IMG/VR virus record: IMGVR_UViG_3300020205_005279
Coordinates: 1-64,000 of that record
Source of the DNA: a virus
DNA: 64,000 nucleotides
Direction: 5' to 3' (one strand)
The notes beneath the pieces are model-generated. The model was given only the letters and a program-made list of their open reading frames with translations, searched no databases and was not told where the DNA came from. Positions 33,306 through 43,377 of the stretch are shown here, piece after piece. Position numbers and translations under genes: made by a program. The stretch's first letter is position 1, and each line of letters opens with the position of its first letter.

Positions 33306-35674
33306 ACTGCCAAGGTAAATAGAGGAACAGCGTAAATATTAGCAGTTGCTCCGTTTCTTATTACAGGTATTGTTGTAACTGCAGGGGCGGTTGGCCGATG
33401 AAAATAGAAAGCGCCATCGCGACCATTTGTGTGAATACGCTGCGCTAATTCGGAAATTGTGGTATTATATGAATACCAACTAGTTATTGTTGGGTTTGTT
33501 TCTGTCATAGTCCCTTCGGCGCTAAGCGCTCCGAAACTTTGCCCTGTAAAACTTACTCCACTACCACTTATTGTAGGATTGGCAATAGCATCTGCTCCTA
33601 CACTATCGATAATTTGCTGAAAAAATGGCTTATCTGTAGTAGAGAAAGCCCGACGATATTCCGAGCCCACTTTAATAAACAGTCCTGGAACCCTAATTTG
33701 AAAGTTAGGATCTGAGATAATTAAGTTTAAGGTTCCGGTGCTAGAAACAGTAGAGTTTGTTGCGATAGAAAAAGACGAGGCATTAATCCTGGTTGCTGTA
33801 TAATTCCCTTCAAAAAAAGCAGAACCTGTTGCTGCTACCACGCCCGACACTTGCACTGTGTCCCCAGTTTGTACAGGATGGTCACTAAGCACTATGGTGA
33901 CAACACCGGCGGTTGTAGAAGACCACTGGGCCAAAGGCCCTAAAACAAACTCTGACACAGATGTTTTAAGCCTATTTCCTGTAATCGATTCGGCGCCAAG
34001 AGTTGTATCAGCGGGGTTGAGAATGTAGTCTTGGTCTCTAAGAACGACTCTTTGCCAAATTACAACACTCTTGCCGACAAAGGAGTTGTAGGTATAGCCC
34101 AATATGTTCTCGTTTGATGTGGCAGGAGTGGGTCGCTTTGTGTTTTGAATAGCTAGCCTAGACCGGAGTTTTAACTCAGCGGCAGTATTGCTAATACTAT
34201 TAATTGCCCCGGAAATTGAACCTTCCATTGAAAAAACAAAACTGGAATAACTACGTAAATATATAGGAGACTGAGCAAATTTAAACTGTAAAATATTATT
34301 GACATTAACCCCATCAAACCTCTTTATTTGTATTTCTTGCCCGGGTAAGAGACCATCCGCGCTTGTGTTTTGATCAAAAAACAAATATTTCTGATTCTCT
34401 TCGTCAAATAGGAAAAACCCTTCGTTAGTAGCATTTTTAACAGTATAAGCAAAAACTTTTGTCCTTATAATTTCTGGCATTCCTTCAAAAAACTTTCCTC
34501 TTTGCTTTCTAATTTGAATTACTTGTCCAGAATTGCTATCATTAACGCTACTTTCGATAATTTCTAAATCTTCTGGAATTACGTAATTGACCCCTTGGTC
34601 TGTAATTTCAATGGACTTAACAGAGTACCTAGAACCGGAGCCAATAGTAAAGCGAGTTAATTCGTCAACAGGGCAAACTACACAATTTTGAGAAGTATTT
34701 GCAGATCCAACCGGAAGAAGTACGCTAAAGGTGCTGGAGTTAATACGAGTAACAGAACTTACAAACCCGCTTTGAAGCGTCCCCGACACAACACGGATAT
34801 AAACGCTCGTTCCTGTGCTAAGTCCGTGGTTAGCAAGAGTTATTGTAGAACTCGCTGTGCTACCAAGTTGGGTTCCGAATGAAGTATTAGTGTATGTTGC
34901 TGGTGTTCCAGGAAGATACTCAAACCCCATTTTACTAAAAGTTACGTTAGCTCTTGCAGATGAAGTGCCACTAGTTTTCCCCCTGAGTTGGATGTTAGAA
35001 AGCCGAACATCTGAACTAGAGATAGAAAGAGTTCCGGATCCTGTAATACTTCCGGCAATATTACTAACTGTAAATGTATTTGTTGTTGTTGAGAGAACCG
35101 CATATTCACCAGAGGTAGCGTTACTACCACCACCTGAATTACCAAATCTTAGGTTAAGTCCTTGGTCTACTTCAAATCCATGGGAGTTTGCCGTTATGGT
35201 TATGATAGCACTTGCGCTAGCAGACCATGTTCCCATTGAAAATTCTAAGTCGGCAACTTCGTTTGGGGCATTAAGAAAATAAAATCCCCCGCCACCCGAA
35301 ATTAACTGAATGGAGGGAACAGAACCCGACTCAGAATAGCGGGGAGCATTAGCCGCGCTATCTCCACCAACTCCCGCAAGATACTTGGTAAAATAAACCT
35401 GATTTTCGTCTGTGAAGGTGAAGTATCTGGTACTAAATTTAGTTCTTTTTAAGACCTCACCAGAGATGGTTTTAAGACTCTCTGTTGTAAGCCCAGAGAT
35501 TTGTGTGTCTTTGTTGTCAATAAGACCAGAAAAGCATATAGACTCCACCGATGATGACAAGGAACACAACTCAATGTCGTTTTCAATGCCAGGAGCGTAT
35601 AACTTCTGCAACGCTGTTTTAAGATTGAGATTAGACTCGGATAGATTTTTTGATCTAGTTAAACCGATTGCCAT
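33302..35674 (-). CDS. tail fibre-like structural protein
   Basis: three repeats 'ITITANSHGF..TFTV', 'ITLANHGL..TFSV' and 'VLSDHPV..SFSI'. Confidence 0.65.
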   Translation of the reverse strand: MAIGLTRSKNLSESNLNLKTALQKLYAPGIENDIELCSLSSSVESICFSGLIDNKDTQISGLTTESLKTISGEVLKRTKFSTRYFTFTDENQVYFTKYLAGVGGDSAANAPRYSESGSVPSIQLISGGGGFYFLNAPNEVADLEFSMGTWSASASAIITITANSHGFEVDQGLNLRFGNSGGGSNATSGEYAVLSTTTNTFTVSNIAGSITGSGTLSISSSDVRLSNIQLRGKTSGTSSARANVTFSKMGFEYLPGTPATYTNTSFGTQLGSTASSTITLANHGLSTGTSVYIRVVSGTLQSGFVSSVTRINSSTFSVLLPVGSANTSQNCVVCPVDELTRFTIGSGSRYSVKSIEITDQGVNYVIPEDLEIIESSVNDSNSGQVIQIRKQRGKFFEGMPEIIRTKVFAYTVKNATNEGFFLFDEENQKYLFFDQNTSADGLLPGQEIQIKRFDGVNVNNILQFKFAQSPIYLRSYSSFVFSMEGSISGAINSISNTAAELKLRSRLAIQNTKRPTPATSNENILGYTYNSFVGKSVVIWQRVVLRDQDYILNPADTTLGAESITGNRLKTSVSEFVLGPLAQWSSTTAGVVTIVLSDHPVQTGDTVQVSGVVAATGSAFFEGNYTATRINASSFSIATNSTVSSTGTLNLIISDPNFQIRVPGLFIKVGSEYRRAFSTTDKPFFQQIIDSVGADAIANPTISGSGVSFTGQSFGALSAEGTMTETNPTITSWYSYNTTISELAQRIHTNGRDGAFYFHRPTAPAVTTIPVIRNGATANIYAVPLFTLAV

Positions 35675-35695
35675 GTTCTAAGCGCTCCTGAATTG

Positions 35696-38600
35696 TTAAA
35701 AGAGTTGAATTGAAATACTTGAGTAAGTGTTCCCAGTCCCGAGCTGGTTAAACTTAGTTTCTAGTGGATCGGGAATTGTCACGGTCTCACCGGCTGCATT
35801 TACAGACGTAGAGGCCTGATCAAAAATTTCTGCTTTTGTCCAGTTTTGATACTCCTTATTAGCAGAGTCGTATTTAGTAGACAAAAGACCAACAATAAAG
35901 TTTGGCGCAATATTTCGTGCCCGGAAATAAACTGCGATATCATGAACATCATTAATAATGTTTTTGACAGATTGTTTTGAAAGAGCGTTGCCTTCTAGGC
36001 TAAATCTTCTAAGTGGTGGAGTTAAATTAGCTCCTGTTGCAACGCCCGTAATGTTTTTGAGGGTCCCAGATTGATAGGTTGTGAGCAGATTATTGTTTAG
36101 GTAAACAAATCTTAATGCGCGACAATTAATAAACAAGGGTATAGTACCTGTTGCCCTGGAACTTTGCAAATAAACTTGGTCGAGGACCGCATGGTTATTA
36201 AAGAACGAGGCGATGTTTTGACCCGCTCGCCGGAACTTTAGTGCCCCAGCGCTAACCGACACCGGGGCATTAACATAGATAAATTGGTTGCCTCGATCAA
36301 TTTGTGTTACATGGGCAATTTCTGTAGACCCAGCAAATACAAGATCTCCGACCATTACCTGAGAGTTAATTTGAAAACCTCCAGGATTGCTTTGGTAAAG
36401 TTTTTCCGAACTCTCACTCGAGGTGTTATTATTGTTTCTCGATGTCCAAGTTATTGCAGGAGTTGTTTCTTCAACAGATCCATTAACAAGCGGGGCAATA
36501 AGTCTTCCTCTGTCTGCTATCGAGACCCAGTTCGTGGGGTATCTTGAGGAAAGAGTTCCATCAAGGTTGACATAACTAAGAACCACATTATTGGACAACG
36601 TAGTAAAATTAGGTAACAACGATCCACCCACACCAGTGCCATTAGAAGGGCCATAAATCAACCCTACCCGACTCGTGTTTATAGATCCCAGTGCAGAAAG
36701 ATCTCTAAATCTGCAGTTATGGAACCAAGTATTGAAATTAACTCCGGCAGTGTTGTTAGTACTGTAAATTGTGGGAAATTTACCTGTGAAGTAAGAATCG
36801 CCTACGTAAAAAGTAGAGATTCTTGGAAGGTTTTTTAAATCATCTTGTCTGAATTCTAGATCTCGCGTTGAACTATTAAAAAGGTAGTGTAGGTATAAAG
36901 CTTGCAGATTGCTGTATGAGGTGGCGGTGGCTTCGGCAACAAAGTTTGTAGGTAGGATATATTGCCTTCCTTCAGAGGTAAGATATCCTTCCCAGTTATT
37001 AGCACCAAAGTTAGCGATGGATAGACTTGGAGCTCCGGCAATAGAAAAAGGTTTTCCGTACCATCCTGAATACCAGGCATCAATCCTTGTCAGTTGTGAA
37101 GCTTGTAAAACATCAGTAGAAGTTTCAGTACCCGCTCCAACTGACATATTATATCCAACTTTATTAAAAGTTTGAGCAACTCCACAATAAGTACAATTTA
37201 CACTACCGAGTTTATTCCAGGTTAGGTTGTTACCAGAAGCGATTCTGAAGGCAATGTCGCGGTAATAGATGCCAAGGTATTGCGTTTCAGCCAACATTCC
37301 GCTCCAGGCCTCAGCAGCAGTTCCTGTAGTAACAAAACTGTATTTAGGCAAACCATCTATCTGTGTTGATGGCAAACTAACTCCCACCTCAGCATCGGTG
37401 GTGCAAATGCCACCCCACCAACCACCACTGCTGTCACCGTTATTGATATCAAACCCAGAAAATTTAAATTGCCCAATGAATTGCCGTTTATTACCAGCAC
37501 TGAGTGCTGTGGACCAAGTTGTAGTATTTCCTAGGTACCTGATCGATCCACTAACATTTCCAAGATGACCTCCTAAACTAAGTGACATTACTGCACTGCT
37601 ATTTCTTAGTTTAGGAATCAAACCAAAAAGCACTCCTGGACTACTACCTGAGCGGCTAGAAATAAGCGTTTTAAGATTGGGGAATATGCTGGAAAAGTCC
37701 GGATTGGCAAGTCTAATTGTAGATCCTAAGTTTAACTCCTCTAATAGGGTAAAAGGCCTAAAGCCGTTGGCTACGTCAATTGTTGGAAGAGTGCCTCCGT
37801 TAATTGAGATGTTTCTCTGGTTTTTATACAACGCCCCGGCAGAATCCTGGACGGTATTGAGTGTTCCGTCGTAAGCAGTAATAGGTCCCGAGCCAGTCCA
37901 GCCGCTATACCCAAGCACCTGGGTAAGTGTGATTAGAGGTCTACCACCACCCGTACTGGCCCCAGTAACCCCCGCTGGTGGCTCTTGCCAATCAAAAAAG
38001 GAAACAATGCCATTGGCCCAAAACAAATTATTTGCAATATTAAGTTTTTTAAGAGTGCCGTGAAGGGTTTTTAGCCATACAGGAATGGTAGATAGACCAT
38101 TACTGGATATATCAAGTTCCTCAAGCTGGTTAAATCCAACCAACCCAATATCCTTACCGGCTTGTTCTGTGAGCCCAAGACCGGACAATTGTGCCGAGGT
38201 AACTGCACCTGGATCGAGATAGATGTAAAGCAGACTATCAACGCCATTGCAAATTGTCCCCGTAGTACTAATACTAATATTTACTGTATTAATAGCCCCA
38301 GCAGAATTTATTGTTTCGGTTCTAGCAGTTTGTAAGTCCGAAAATCTTTTCAGTTCCCAACCATATACAAACGCAGAAGAACTTGCAGTAGCATTTTTAC
38401 GTGAGAAAGAAAGACTTGCCCCATTATAAATTCTTACCGGGAGGATAAGTGGAGAGTTTTTAGTAGTATAGCATTCCAAATTTACCACTGAGGGTGTGGA
38501 GTTGGCCGATGTACGCATGTATGTTGGAATCTTTAGAGTCTCGGTTGGTGACTCTATAATCGAACCCCTCTCTACGAGAAGTTTAGGAGCCAACCGCAAC

Positions 38601-39142
38601 TCATAGACGTGTGAGCGGCGCCTAATTCTAAAAAGACCGGGGTACGATGCAGAGCTATACTCCCCAGCTAGATTCTTTTCAGAGTTAAAAAGGCTCTCTC
38701 TTGATGTAGGAACTGTAGTAGTTCTTACTGTGCCATTTTCATCAAGAAAATTATATTCAATTTTTTTGGCTGCCAAACCACCATGGAATACCACAATATT
38801 GTCGGAAAAATCCGCAGTTGTAAACGAGTGTTTACCCGGTTCGCCTATTGCCTTATCCGTGGTAATTTGACTAAAGAGGTAGTTACTTACACTGTCTAAT
38901 GTCCATTCCGAAATTGCTAAAGAGTGAATAACAGACTTATTAAGCCCTCCCATAGTCCTTATGTCCTCTTTAGCCAAACCACCACTTTTTAAACCATAAA
39001 TCTGGTCTAAACCATCGGGGTTGAGGAGTAGGTTTGTTAAGGCTAAACGTTCGTCAGAATCGTAAATTTCACTAAGATCAAACCTATCAACAAGGCCAAC
39101 ATCTGGTCTGTTTTGCTGAAGGAGTTTAAAAGATTCTGCCAT
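35696..39142 (-). CDS. leucine-rich-repeat virion protein
   Basis: 'LEELDISSNGLSTIP', 'LKKLNIANN', 'LRFVYLNNNLLT' and 'LRRFSLEGNAL'. Confidence 0.75.
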   Translation of the reverse strand: MAESFKLLQQNRPDVGLVDRFDLSEIYDSDERLALTNLLLNPDGLDQIYGLKSGGLAKEDIRTMGGLNKSVIHSLAISEWTLDSVSNYLFSQITTDKAIGEPGKHSFTTADFSDNIVVFHGGLAAKKIEYNFLDENGTVRTTTVPTSRESLFNSEKNLAGEYSSASYPGLFRIRRRSHVYELRLAPKLLVERGSIIESPTETLKIPTYMRTSANSTPSVVNLECYTTKNSPLILPVRIYNGASLSFSRKNATASSSAFVYGWELKRFSDLQTARTETINSAGAINTVNISISTTGTICNGVDSLLYIYLDPGAVTSAQLSGLGLTEQAGKDIGLVGFNQLEELDISSNGLSTIPVWLKTLHGTLKKLNIANNLFWANGIVSFFDWQEPPAGVTGASTGGGRPLITLTQVLGYSGWTGSGPITAYDGTLNTVQDSAGALYKNQRNISINGGTLPTIDVANGFRPFTLLEELNLGSTIRLANPDFSSIFPNLKTLISSRSGSSPGVLFGLIPKLRNSSAVMSLSLGGHLGNVSGSIRYLGNTTTWSTALSAGNKRQFIGQFKFSGFDINNGDSSGGWWGGICTTDAEVGVSLPSTQIDGLPKYSFVTTGTAAEAWSGMLAETQYLGIYYRDIAFRIASGNNLTWNKLGSVNCTYCGVAQTFNKVGYNMSVGAGTETSTDVLQASQLTRIDAWYSGWYGKPFSIAGAPSLSIANFGANNWEGYLTSEGRQYILPTNFVAEATATSYSNLQALYLHYLFNSSTRDLEFRQDDLKNLPRISTFYVGDSYFTGKFPTIYSTNNTAGVNFNTWFHNCRFRDLSALGSINTSRVGLIYGPSNGTGVGGSLLPNFTTLSNNVVLSYVNLDGTLSSRYPTNWVSIADRGRLIAPLVNGSVEETTPAITWTSRNNNNTSSESSEKLYQSNPGGFQINSQVMVGDLVFAGSTEIAHVTQIDRGNQFIYVNAPVSVSAGALKFRRAGQNIASFFNNHAVLDQVYLQSSRATGTIPLFINCRALRFVYLNNNLLTTYQSGTLKNITGVATGANLTPPLRRFSLEGNALSKQSVKNIINDVHDIAVYFRARNIAPNFIVGLLSTKYDSANKEYQNWTKAEIFDQASTSVNAAGETVTIPDPLETKFNQLGTGNTYSSISIQLF

Positions 39143-42100
39143 TACTGTTCCTTGTAGTTAAGCGTTACGAACATTGTTCCATTTACCCCTGTAGAAAGAT
39201 TTCTAGCGATCATAAAGAGCGCTTTATTGCTCCAAAAACTAGGGCCTATAGACTCAGTGTTAATGTTAAATATATCCGAGAGGTCTATTTCGGTAGGTTT
39301 GTTTGCCGAGATAAAGAAAGACGCTATTGGGTCCCCAGAGTCTTTAAACTCCAACCAGCGAATGGGATAGTCACCCGTCCCAGAAAATCCCGCTCCTGAA
39401 AGAAGCGTATTGCTAACAAAACTCGGGCATTTTTTTGTGCGATCAACAGCATTTGAGCCGCTTACATCGTAGTAAGAATACTCCGCTGATGTAAGAGTTT
39501 CGGGATGGTTATAAGCCACCATGGCTTTTTTTGCCGAAGTAAGTTCATCAGATGCTCCTCCGTCGTGAAGGTCTCCGTTGCCCCCTATATTATTTACGCT
39601 AAGTGTGCATCCGTGTGGAGTAAATGGCGACTGAATTATTCCATTCGGTGTTACTTGGCCAACTGACATACCGCCAATTTTTGCGCCCTCTCTCATGCGT
39701 ATAAAAAATCTAATCGGAAAAAGATTTTGGCCTACAATTTTTTGAGAAATAAGACGGGCATCTGGACGAAGTAAGTCTGGGGTGTAGAGAGCAATAGCCC
39801 TGTATTTTGCAATGACCTCGGTATCGTTGCTAAACGCCGATCCGCTTACCACCACCACGGGAAGGAGGAATAGACTAACACTTGTGCCGGCGGGAGTGTA
39901 AACTTGCTGAGCAGCTCCAGTCGTAGTTCTAACTGTAATGCCCGCTCCATCAGAATCCCTCTCTACAAACACTGAGTTAGACGCCGACCACAAATCTTGA
40001 GGCCACGACGAGGTTCTAGAGAGATAGTAAGTTCCTCCGCCGGGCACACCGTCGATTCCAACGTTGGTAAACGTGGATACTTCTTTAACCTCTCCAGCTT
40101 TGCCGTAGATCGCATGGCAACTACCACCTTCTGTCCCAGGAACGCCAGGAAGTTGGCCATCAATTAACCCAAATGACTGCCATAGTCCCTCCCCAACCTC
40201 CAACCCACCATCACCCACATCGAGCCACGCTGCTTGATTAACTGTAAGTACATTGTTTTTAATTTCCTCAGAATCAAAGTTAACTGGAAGACCTTCATAG
40301 TATCTGTAATCGGCGCTATTAGGAACGGTTTTATCAACAACGTAGTAGTTGCCGGCGTCCTCAAGAACCCGAACATCAAAACTATTGTCAGCAAGACCAG
40401 TCTGATCGCTAGGGTTTTTAGGATTAATAATTCCGAACCCAGGACCCACTCGCGCTCTAGAAACTACGGAGTTGGGATACGTATAAGTGCCTGGATTTTC
40501 CTGAGGCCAAATAATGCCAATTTGCATTTCGCCAAAATGGTTGCCATCACAACCAAAGTCTGCATCACTCTCACCACAAGTTAGTGTATATGAGTCTGCT
40601 GATTGCGGAGTAATTCGAGTAAAGAGAAGATAAAATTCATCAGTAGTTATATCTACTGTTGAGAGAAGCGTTGTATCTTTACGGTATCTAGATAGTTTTA
40701 AAGACACATTTTCCTTAAACCTAAACAGCAACTCAGCATCGGACCAAGGCCGGGCCTTAGTCTGGCCAATATACGACCCGGCTGTAAAATCGCGTTGAAG
40801 CACAGTTTCCGGACCACTGATACCCGAAGGAGACGTTGAGTACTCTTGACTTGGGTTGACGTAAGACGCGTAAACTTTTTCGCCAATTAAATGAGCGCCT
40901 AGTAACGACTTTTCGTAAGCATCCCAGCCAATAAACGTTCCGCCACTTTGAAGGTTGGCCGAAGCACTCACAAATGCCGCATCGGGCCCAACGTACGTCA
41001 AAGTCGGTACGGGGGATTCTTTGCTTCTTCCTAAGTCTGTGAGAATAGCCTCATCTTTTTGCAACCTATTAATACTAAAAATACCACGAAGTCTTTGCTC
41101 TTCCGGCAAAATGCAAATATATCCTTCTTGGAATGTAAACGCATTTTCCCGGCAGCCAAATTGGTTGATAAATTTTACCTCAGTATCGGTAGTTGTGGTA
41201 ATTGACGCAGAGATGGGAAACACTTCCTTCTTGTTAAAGAAAGAATTTCCTTCGGTATTTACGACGTACTGCTTGGGTTTAAGACCGAGAACACTCGCCC
41301 AATCATATATTGGCACCTCAACGGTGTCAGACGAAATTGCAGATATTACACGGTTGGTAGCTTTGCCACTAGAGAGGGATACGGTACCTTCGTCGCCTCC
41401 ATCAATGTAATAGGACGCGCCATATTTTTCAATGAACTGAGGAAGACGAATGCGACTTGGGCTATCAACGTACGCTCTATACTTGAAGAAGAAGAAGGGG
41501 TCTTCAAGGCACGGTTGCCCGAGTTGGTTTTCAATAACCAAAGTGTGAACTGTTACCCACCTGGAGCTTCCGTTGCCAGTAGGAATATACATGTAGAACC
41601 GGGCTCCGATGGCGCCATACCACCCAAACTCAATTTTGTACATTGTTACGGTATCGGGATTGAAGATATAACCACTATCACCTTGGCCATTAAGGCCGTC
41701 GCCATTCATTTTGTTTTGTTGAATGGCTGTTTCATAAACTTTTGTTACTTGGTTTTTTCTAACTTGCTGCTCTAGGATAAGAACTTCTGAGTCAGTGAGC
41801 AATTCTTTATAACTGACAACTCCGGTAAGTTGGGAGATGTACGCTTCTCGTTCGTTGTATTTGGCCTCAACAAACAGATCAGTCTGTCCTAGAGGGATGG
41901 TGGATCTTCTTACGACAGAAAAGTCAGTTCCGTCTTGGAGTCTGAAAAAATAACCATCAGTAAAATTTTCTACTCCCCACTCTAAAAGCGAACCGGGGCC
42001 GGCACCTTCCTCGGAAATTCTAACACCGTATGTAAATCCACTAATTCTGCCAGGTTGATAGCGAAATGCTCTGATGGATGTCAGAGTGATAACGGCGTAG

Positions 42101-43371
42101 CCGGACTCACTACCTCCTATCAAATTGCCCTCAGCAAGGTTTTCTGAAATTTGTGGAATTGTTACATCTGAAAAGCTCTGTGGCCAACTCTGACCAAAGA
42201 TTAGCGAGGTTGATGGGGTTGTAGAAGTAATAAGGAAGTAGGGAAGTTTATAATCTTTTACGTACTGTGGAACTTCGTCTTCTGATTCATATACCTGAAA
42301 CTCCCAGTTTTTAAAATCATTAGGCAAAGACCCGTAATCTATGCCCCAGTACTCCAACCACAGTTCTGGGTTGTTGTTTGTTGCTAAACGATAATGCCCC
42401 TGGTCTGGTTCTCTCCACGTGTACCTTGTAGAGGCAAAGAAAAATTTATTAAAATTAACAGAAACATTAGCTTCTTCTGCGGGCAAATCAGCCCCAAAAA
42501 GATCCACGAGATTTATCGTTTCTTCTGAGGTGTCTGGGGCAAAATTGACAAGAGTGCCTTGAGGAGTTATAGGTATGTTCTGCTCCGATTCAAATCTACC
42601 TTGACTAATATCAAGCCAAATTTGATCCCAGTAAAGCCGATTGAATTTACCATCGGGGGTTTTAGGATATTTTCTTTCAAGAAAATTAAGGTTAAAGGCG
42701 TTCTTTTGAGCCGGTGTAAAATTATTAACCATGTACTCAATAACGTACATAGCGATAAGGGACTGAATGTATCTACCCCAACCTGGTCCTGGATTGCCCG
42801 ATATTCCCATAATTTTGTTAGAGACAGGAGGGTTGCCTGGATCAGAGTAGGGAACAGGGTAAGAATCCATTACAACTGATGATCCGATGGAATAATCGCG
42901 ATCTCTAACCGCGATATGAGGACCGGCTGGTGAGTTTTTGCTATCCCACAACACGCTACTTTTAAAATAATCTTGCCACGCTGCATAAACGACCCAGTCT
43001 TTGCGATCAAGTCCATAGGAACTTACGTCGTCAAAAATGCCTTGCTGGGTTTCGGCTCTATCAATTCCTAGAAGAGAGCGACTCACTTCGCTTTCTATGG
43101 CGAACTGCTCTACAATAGGCAGGGCGGCGGGCCGGCCCTTACTGTATATATTTTGAGTAGATAGTCCGTTCTTCTTATATGACTTGGGGTCTATAACTAT
43201 CGCCACACTCTCCTTAGAAAGGAAATCAGGCGGATAATAAACATCTTTGTTTGAAATTAGTGTATTTCCTTCATCGGAGAAAAGCGCACTTCCCCGATAG
43301 CTGATCATCTGTAATTCTTTTTTGTAAGTCCTAGCGCCGGTCTTTTGAGCTTTAATTCGGTATTGGGCCAT
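39142..43371 (-). CDS. giant virion structural protein (paralog of 43378-46467)
   Basis: shares 'RYQPGR', 'VTMxKIEFxWYGA' and 'KYGASYYIDGGD' with its neighbour. Confidence 0.65.
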   Translation of the reverse strand: MAQYRIKAQKTGARTYKKELQMISYRGSALFSDEGNTLISNKDVYYPPDFLSKESVAIVIDPKSYKKNGLSTQNIYSKGRPAALPIVEQFAIESEVSRSLLGIDRAETQQGIFDDVSSYGLDRKDWVVYAAWQDYFKSSVLWDSKNSPAGPHIAVRDRDYSIGSSVVMDSYPVPYSDPGNPPVSNKIMGISGNPGPGWGRYIQSLIAMYVIEYMVNNFTPAQKNAFNLNFLERKYPKTPDGKFNRLYWDQIWLDISQGRFESEQNIPITPQGTLVNFAPDTSEETINLVDLFGADLPAEEANVSVNFNKFFFASTRYTWREPDQGHYRLATNNNPELWLEYWGIDYGSLPNDFKNWEFQVYESEDEVPQYVKDYKLPYFLITSTTPSTSLIFGQSWPQSFSDVTIPQISENLAEGNLIGGSESGYAVITLTSIRAFRYQPGRISGFTYGVRISEEGAGPGSLLEWGVENFTDGYFFRLQDGTDFSVVRRSTIPLGQTDLFVEAKYNEREAYISQLTGVVSYKELLTDSEVLILEQQVRKNQVTKVYETAIQQNKMNGDGLNGQGDSGYIFNPDTVTMYKIEFGWYGAIGARFYMYIPTGNGSSRWVTVHTLVIENQLGQPCLEDPFFFFKYRAYVDSPSRIRLPQFIEKYGASYYIDGGDEGTVSLSSGKATNRVISAISSDTVEVPIYDWASVLGLKPKQYVVNTEGNSFFNKKEVFPISASITTTTDTEVKFINQFGCRENAFTFQEGYICILPEEQRLRGIFSINRLQKDEAILTDLGRSKESPVPTLTYVGPDAAFVSASANLQSGGTFIGWDAYEKSLLGAHLIGEKVYASYVNPSQEYSTSPSGISGPETVLQRDFTAGSYIGQTKARPWSDAELLFRFKENVSLKLSRYRKDTTLLSTVDITTDEFYLLFTRITPQSADSYTLTCGESDADFGCDGNHFGEMQIGIIWPQENPGTYTYPNSVVSRARVGPGFGIINPKNPSDQTGLADNSFDVRVLEDAGNYYVVDKTVPNSADYRYYEGLPVNFDSEEIKNNVLTVNQAAWLDVGDGGLEVGEGLWQSFGLIDGQLPGVPGTEGGSCHAIYGKAGEVKEVSTFTNVGIDGVPGGGTYYLSRTSSWPQDLWSASNSVFVERDSDGAGITVRTTTGAAQQVYTPAGTSVSLFLLPVVVVSGSAFSNDTEVIAKYRAIALYTPDLLRPDARLISQKIVGQNLFPIRFFIRMREGAKIGGMSVGQVTPNGIIQSPFTPHGCTLSVNNIGGNGDLHDGGASDELTSAKKAMVAYNHPETLTSAEYSYYDVSGSNAVDRTKKCPSFVSNTLLSGAGFSGTGDYPIRWLEFKDSGDPIASFFISANKPTEIDLSDIFNINTESIGPSFWSNKALFMIARNLSTGVNGTMFVTLNYKEQ

Positions 43372-43377
43372 GAGTTA

